Of a stretch of DNA of 64,000 nucleotides, positions 60,445 to 64,000 are shown piece after piece; within the stretch, counting starts at the first letter, position 1, and each line of letters begins with the position of its first letter. The notes beneath the pieces are model-generated. The model saw only the letters and a list, made by a program, of their open reading frames with translations, had not been told where the DNA came from and made no database searches. This DNA comes from a virus, in the IMG/VR virus record IMGVR_UViG_3300003691_000002, positions 1-64,000 of that record. One strand, given 5' to 3'. The translations under genes and the position numbers were made by a program.

Positions 60445-60688
60445 CCTTAAAAGATAAAGTGTATTGATGTCCTCCTATGTCAATGTTTCTACTTTTTTCT
60501 TGTTCAAGAATATTTATAATTTCATATATAGACATATCAAGTTCAAACCACTCTAACAATTTATTTTTTATAGTGATTAAATCATCTTTGTAGATTTCAT
60601 ATAAATAATCTACTGCAAATTGAGGTTTATCATAAAAAGTAATAAATTGTTTTAAACTTTCAAGTTTTTTTGTATCAATTTTTGTCAT
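60434..60688 (-). CDS. Hypothetical protein
   Basis: 84-aa ORF in tight operon. Confidence 0.6.
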   Translation of the reverse strand: MTKIDTKKLESLKQFITFYDKPQFAVDYLYEIYKDDLITIKNKLLEWFELDMSIYEIINILEQEKSRNIDIGGHQYTLSFKDVF

Positions 60689-60689
60689 A

Positions 60690-62657
60690 TTAATGATTCC
60701 AGAAATTAGTTATTACAGCAGAAGCCTTTAATGGTATAATTTTACACCATTTATCTCCTGCTTTTTTCATACACTTTTCTAAGTTAGTAGCTACTAACTC
60801 TGCAATCTCTTGGTTACATTCTACATTAATTTCATCATGTACTATATTAGTAATAAATACTTTTGTTTGCAGATTTGATTTAAGTATCCAATTTCTAAAT
60901 AATATAGTAGCATATTTTGTAATACTTCCTGCTTCTCCTTGAATAGGATAATTTAAAGCATTACGTTTAATTTTACTTACTTCTGTAGGAGATTTAGGTT
61001 CATAAAACCAATTTTTCCTATTAGTAATATTATCAATTAAAATATAACCTGTTTTGAGAGTTCTACGTTGTACTGTATCAAAATAAAGTTTTAAACCAGG
61101 AAAGGCTTTAAAATAAGCGTCATAAACTTTATCACCTACTTCCGTAGATACTCCTAAATTTTCAGCAATAGTATAGCCATTGCCACCATAGTTAATGGCA
61201 AAACCAGCAGCTTTGGCTATTTGCCTTTTATCTTTGTGATTGTCTTTAATTTCTTTTAGAGATAAATTTGCAAGTTCTGGAAATATTTTAGATGCTACAA
61301 AGCTGTGCATATCTCCAAGACCTTGTTTATAAAAAGAAATTAAATCTTCATCACGAGATTTATTTGCAAGAATAATTTGTTCTTGTCCAGAATAGTCTGC
61401 ATTTACAATTTTAAATAAGGAAGGTGCATCAAATGCTTTTCTGAACTCTTCTTTTGCTGGTATATTTTGAAGATTAGGACCACTGCTACTAATGCGACCA
61501 GTGGCAAGAATTTGTTTATAATTACTATGTAATCTACCTGTAATTGGATGAATATGTTTAAAAAAATCTTTTCCAAAGGTAGTACAAGATTGTTCATATT
61601 CTTTGTATAATAAATAATCTTCAATAAAAGTCTTTAAATCTTCTGGTATATCTTTATTAATTGTATTTAAAGAGCTTTTAACAACATTAGCATTAACAGT
61701 ATAAGATAATTCTTTTGTAGTAGTAGAAACAGCTTGTGGGCATATATTCAAATGTTTAAATAAATCTACAACCTGTTTAGGACTACCCCAATTTATATTG
61801 GTTTTAATTTCATTTGAAAATAAATCTAATTGTTTTTCTATAAATTTACTATCACCTAAATTATTTAAAACAAAATTATTTAGTTTATTTTCGTACTGTT
61901 TAAATATAACTAAATTATCTTCATAAGTTTTTAACCATATTTCTTTATTGAAATGCATTCCTTTATATTCAATGTCACCTAAGACTTCTATGAATAACAT
62001 TTCTAATTTTAAACATGGCATTAAATTATGTCTTACAATTTTATTGAGTTGTGCTGTTCTTATTTTAAGAGGATAATAAATATCCCAAGCACCATACTCA
62101 ATTTCTTCTTTTTTAAAATCTTTTTGACCAATAGTACTAAAATTAGACCTGGTGTTTTTGTCTATATCTATATCTAAATACTTTTGGACAATAGCTTTTA
62201 AAGAGAAGTTTGTTTTATAACCATTTTTTAAAATTTGCTCCACAATCATAGTATCGTATAAATTATTTATACGAACATTATAATTGTGTAATATATGTTT
62301 ATATTCAAATTTTAAATTGTGCCCTACTACTACAACAAGAGGGTCTGTAAGTAAAGACAATATACTGGTTATATTATTAATTTTTCTTACATCAATAATA
62401 TATTGTCTTTCTAAATCACCTATCTGAAACATTATTATTTCAGATAAGTAAGGATCTAATCCTTCTTTGTTTTTATAAATCTTACCTTTATAAAATTTAT
62501 CTTTTATTTGTTTGTCAATCTTTCCGCCAAACTTACGGGTTGTTTCTATATCTAATGAGATTATTTTTTTCTCTTTTAGATAATTATAACAATCTTCTAA
62601 AGTAGCACTCTTAAACTCAGAATGATTAAATCCTATTGTAAAAATGCTTAAATTCAT
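60690..62657 (-). CDS. polA: Family A DNA polymerase with 3'-5' exonuclease and no 5'-3' exonuclease
   Basis: DIET, TGRISSSGPNLQNIP, DYSGQE, RQIAKAAGFAINYG and VHDE motifs. Confidence 0.95.
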   Translation of the reverse strand: MNLSIFTIGFNHSEFKSATLEDCYNYLKEKKIISLDIETTRKFGGKIDKQIKDKFYKGKIYKNKEGLDPYLSEIIMFQIGDLERQYIIDVRKINNITSILSLLTDPLVVVVGHNLKFEYKHILHNYNVRINNLYDTMIVEQILKNGYKTNFSLKAIVQKYLDIDIDKNTRSNFSTIGQKDFKKEEIEYGAWDIYYPLKIRTAQLNKIVRHNLMPCLKLEMLFIEVLGDIEYKGMHFNKEIWLKTYEDNLVIFKQYENKLNNFVLNNLGDSKFIEKQLDLFSNEIKTNINWGSPKQVVDLFKHLNICPQAVSTTTKELSYTVNANVVKSSLNTINKDIPEDLKTFIEDYLLYKEYEQSCTTFGKDFFKHIHPITGRLHSNYKQILATGRISSSGPNLQNIPAKEEFRKAFDAPSLFKIVNADYSGQEQIILANKSRDEDLISFYKQGLGDMHSFVASKIFPELANLSLKEIKDNHKDKRQIAKAAGFAINYGGNGYTIAENLGVSTEVGDKVYDAYFKAFPGLKLYFDTVQRRTLKTGYILIDNITNRKNWFYEPKSPTEVSKIKRNALNYPIQGEAGSITKYATILFRNWILKSNLQTKVFITNIVHDEINVECNQEIAELVATNLEKCMKKAGDKWCKIIPLKASAVITNFWNH

Positions 62658-62668
62658 ATTTAAAATAT

Positions 62669-62911
62669 TTAGTCTTGTCTAACTAAATACTTTTTACAAA
62701 ATAAATTTAAGATTTTAATATAAATGTGATTTTTATTATATTTATATATTCTTTGGGTGTCGTTATGAAAAATATGAAGATATAAATTTCCTTTTAATAT
62801 AACAAATTTTTCACGTATTCTATATTCTTTAATACTTTTTCTTTTAAGATTTGCAAGTATTTTTTTTCTACGCCATACATATTTATTTTTAAAAGTTTTT
62901 ACATGTATCAT
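62669..62911 (-). CDS. Hypothetical basic protein
   Basis: 80-aa ORF tiling the strand. Confidence 0.5.
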   Translation of the reverse strand: MIHVKTFKNKYVWRRKKILANLKRKSIKEYRIREKFVILKGNLYLHIFHNDTQRIYKYNKNHIYIKILNLFCKKYLVRQD

Positions 62912-62914
62912 AAT

Positions 62915-63109
62915 TTAAAATACTAGATTGTAATTTTTTTCTTCTAATATGGAATATAAAAATTCTGCTACAAATACACTTTTTTCATTAATTAATTCTA
63001 TGTCAGAACTTAATGTAGTATATAAATTAATAATACACCCAAAAGAATAAGCTTGTTCAATAAGTTCTATGTAATATTCTAAAATAGCTAATATATCTTT
63101 TTCTGACAT
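62915..63109 (-). CDS. Hypothetical protein
   Basis: 64-aa ORF tiling the strand. Confidence 0.5.
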   Translation of the reverse strand: MSEKDILAILEYYIELIEQAYSFGCIINLYTTLSSDIELINEKSVFVAEFLYSILEEKNYNLVF

Positions 63110-63135
63110 TTTTATATAATTATAGCATAAATAAT

Positions 63136-63399
63136 TTATTTAAAAAATCCTATAAAAAAAAGAACAATAAAAACTAAATACCCAATGGGCAATATAATTT
63201 TCTCATAAACTGCCTCTGTTTCTGCGTCCAATAAAAAAGTTTTTGTGTAAAATACAATACTTACACCTGTAAAAATTAAGAAGAAACCAGAAATAAGGCT
63301 TAAATAATCTCCTCCATTAATAATTTGATGTATAAGCATACCTATTCCCAGTAATATTACCAGGAATGGGTATACTTGTTTAATTAAATTTTGTTTCAT
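63136..63399 (-). CDS. Small three-TM membrane protein
   Basis: Three hydrophobic helices. Confidence 0.65.
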   Translation of the reverse strand: MKQNLIKQVYPFLVILLGIGMLIHQIINGGDYLSLISGFFLIFTGVSIVFYTKTFLLDAETEAVYEKIILPIGYLVFIVLFFIGFFK

Positions 63400-63406
63400 T
63401 TTATTA

Positions 63407-64000
63407 TTAATTTAAAATAATACCTATTGATAAGAATCCTGATGGATTTTCAAACATTTGCCATTTAGAATTATCACCATTTAATGCTTTTATATCATAT
63501 CTGGCAGTGAAAGAGCCTGAAAATTCTAAATAAAATCTAGAATGAAATATTCTATCCCATCTAATTTTACCTATTATACTTGGATTAAAAGTAGTTAGTT
63601 CTGGATTAAACATAACCATTCCATCTCTTCCTACAAATTCACCTTGCACTCCAGTTAAAAAAGCAAGAGTAGAATCGTTATTGGGATCAGCAAAATATCC
63701 ACTTCTAAGACTAAATGTAGCTATTTCTCTATTAATAGATATTCCTATAGAGGTATAATCTATTTGTTGAAATACGCTTAAAAATAAATGTCCTTCCCAA
63801 TAATCTCTATTAATGCTAAATCCACCTTTCCATACAAATGCTTGAGTGTTTCTTCTAACACCTTCATCATTTTTTTTACCGCCTACAATAGCATTTTTAA
63901 CGTCAAAACCATTTATAATAGAGATTCTATCTTCTCTATCAGGTTGCCAACCTATTTGTCCTGTACAAGTAGCTGTGTATATAATTAATATTGCTGCAAT
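63407..64000 (-). CDS. Putative outer-membrane beta-barrel protein (start lies outside the window)
   Basis: Frame is open from the window edge: IAAILIIYTATCTG|QIG signal peptide, amphipathic beta-strands, C-terminal SGFLSIGIILN. Confidence 0.6.
   Translation of the reverse strand: MAAILIIYTATCTGQIGWQPDREDRISIINGFDVKNAIVGGKKNDEGVRRNTQAFVWKGGFSINRDYWEGHLFLSVFQQIDYTSIGISINREIATFSLRSGYFADPNNDSTLAFLTGVQGEFVGRDGMVMFNPELTTFNPSIIGKIRWDRIFHSRFYLEFSGSFTARYDIKALNGDNSKWQMFENPSGFLSIGIILN

Noticed and set aside
38865-62657. Further introns or inteins in nrdA, nrdB, thyA, primase or polA
   Set aside because: All are continuous and of normal length, with no intein or intron signatures seen
1473-63988. Short antisense or alternate-frame ORFs in the track (e.g. 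8029-8352, 19438-19860, 21211-21582, 59451-59651, 63788-63988)
   Set aside because: They are shadows of long genes, with no motifs or independent signals
1-64000. Stop-codon reassignment, common in some crAss-like clades
   Set aside because: Genes up to 7.3 kb are open and tile the genome in the standard code

Overview
AT-rich, gene-dense segment of a lytic crAss-like (Crassvirales) phage, most similar in layout to Flavobacteriia-infecting phi14:2-type phages and read in the standard genetic code. The + strand (1-35032) carries a lysis cassette, tail/ring/muzzle genes and the giant virion 'cargo' genes, including the double-psi-barrel virion RNA polymerase (DFDID motif). The - strand (35125-64000) carries replication and nucleotide genes (PolA, DnaB, primase, SSB, Sak4-like ATPase, ThyA, NrdAB, SF2 helicase, nucleases) and a six-gene phiEco32-type amidoligase/ATP-grasp/glutamine amidotransferase cluster. 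The two arms meet at a bidirectional terminator. Top finding: dnaB is split inside its Walker A motif by a 2173-nt td-like group I intron with no recognisable homing endonuclease. The intron holds four ordinary-looking phage genes in its loops, and its Q, P6, R/P7 and P8 core elements are overprinted inside one of those reading frames. Also notable: the three giant cargo proteins (about 5900 aa) contain cysteines only at their mutual junctions. All structure and family calls were made by eye, without searches.
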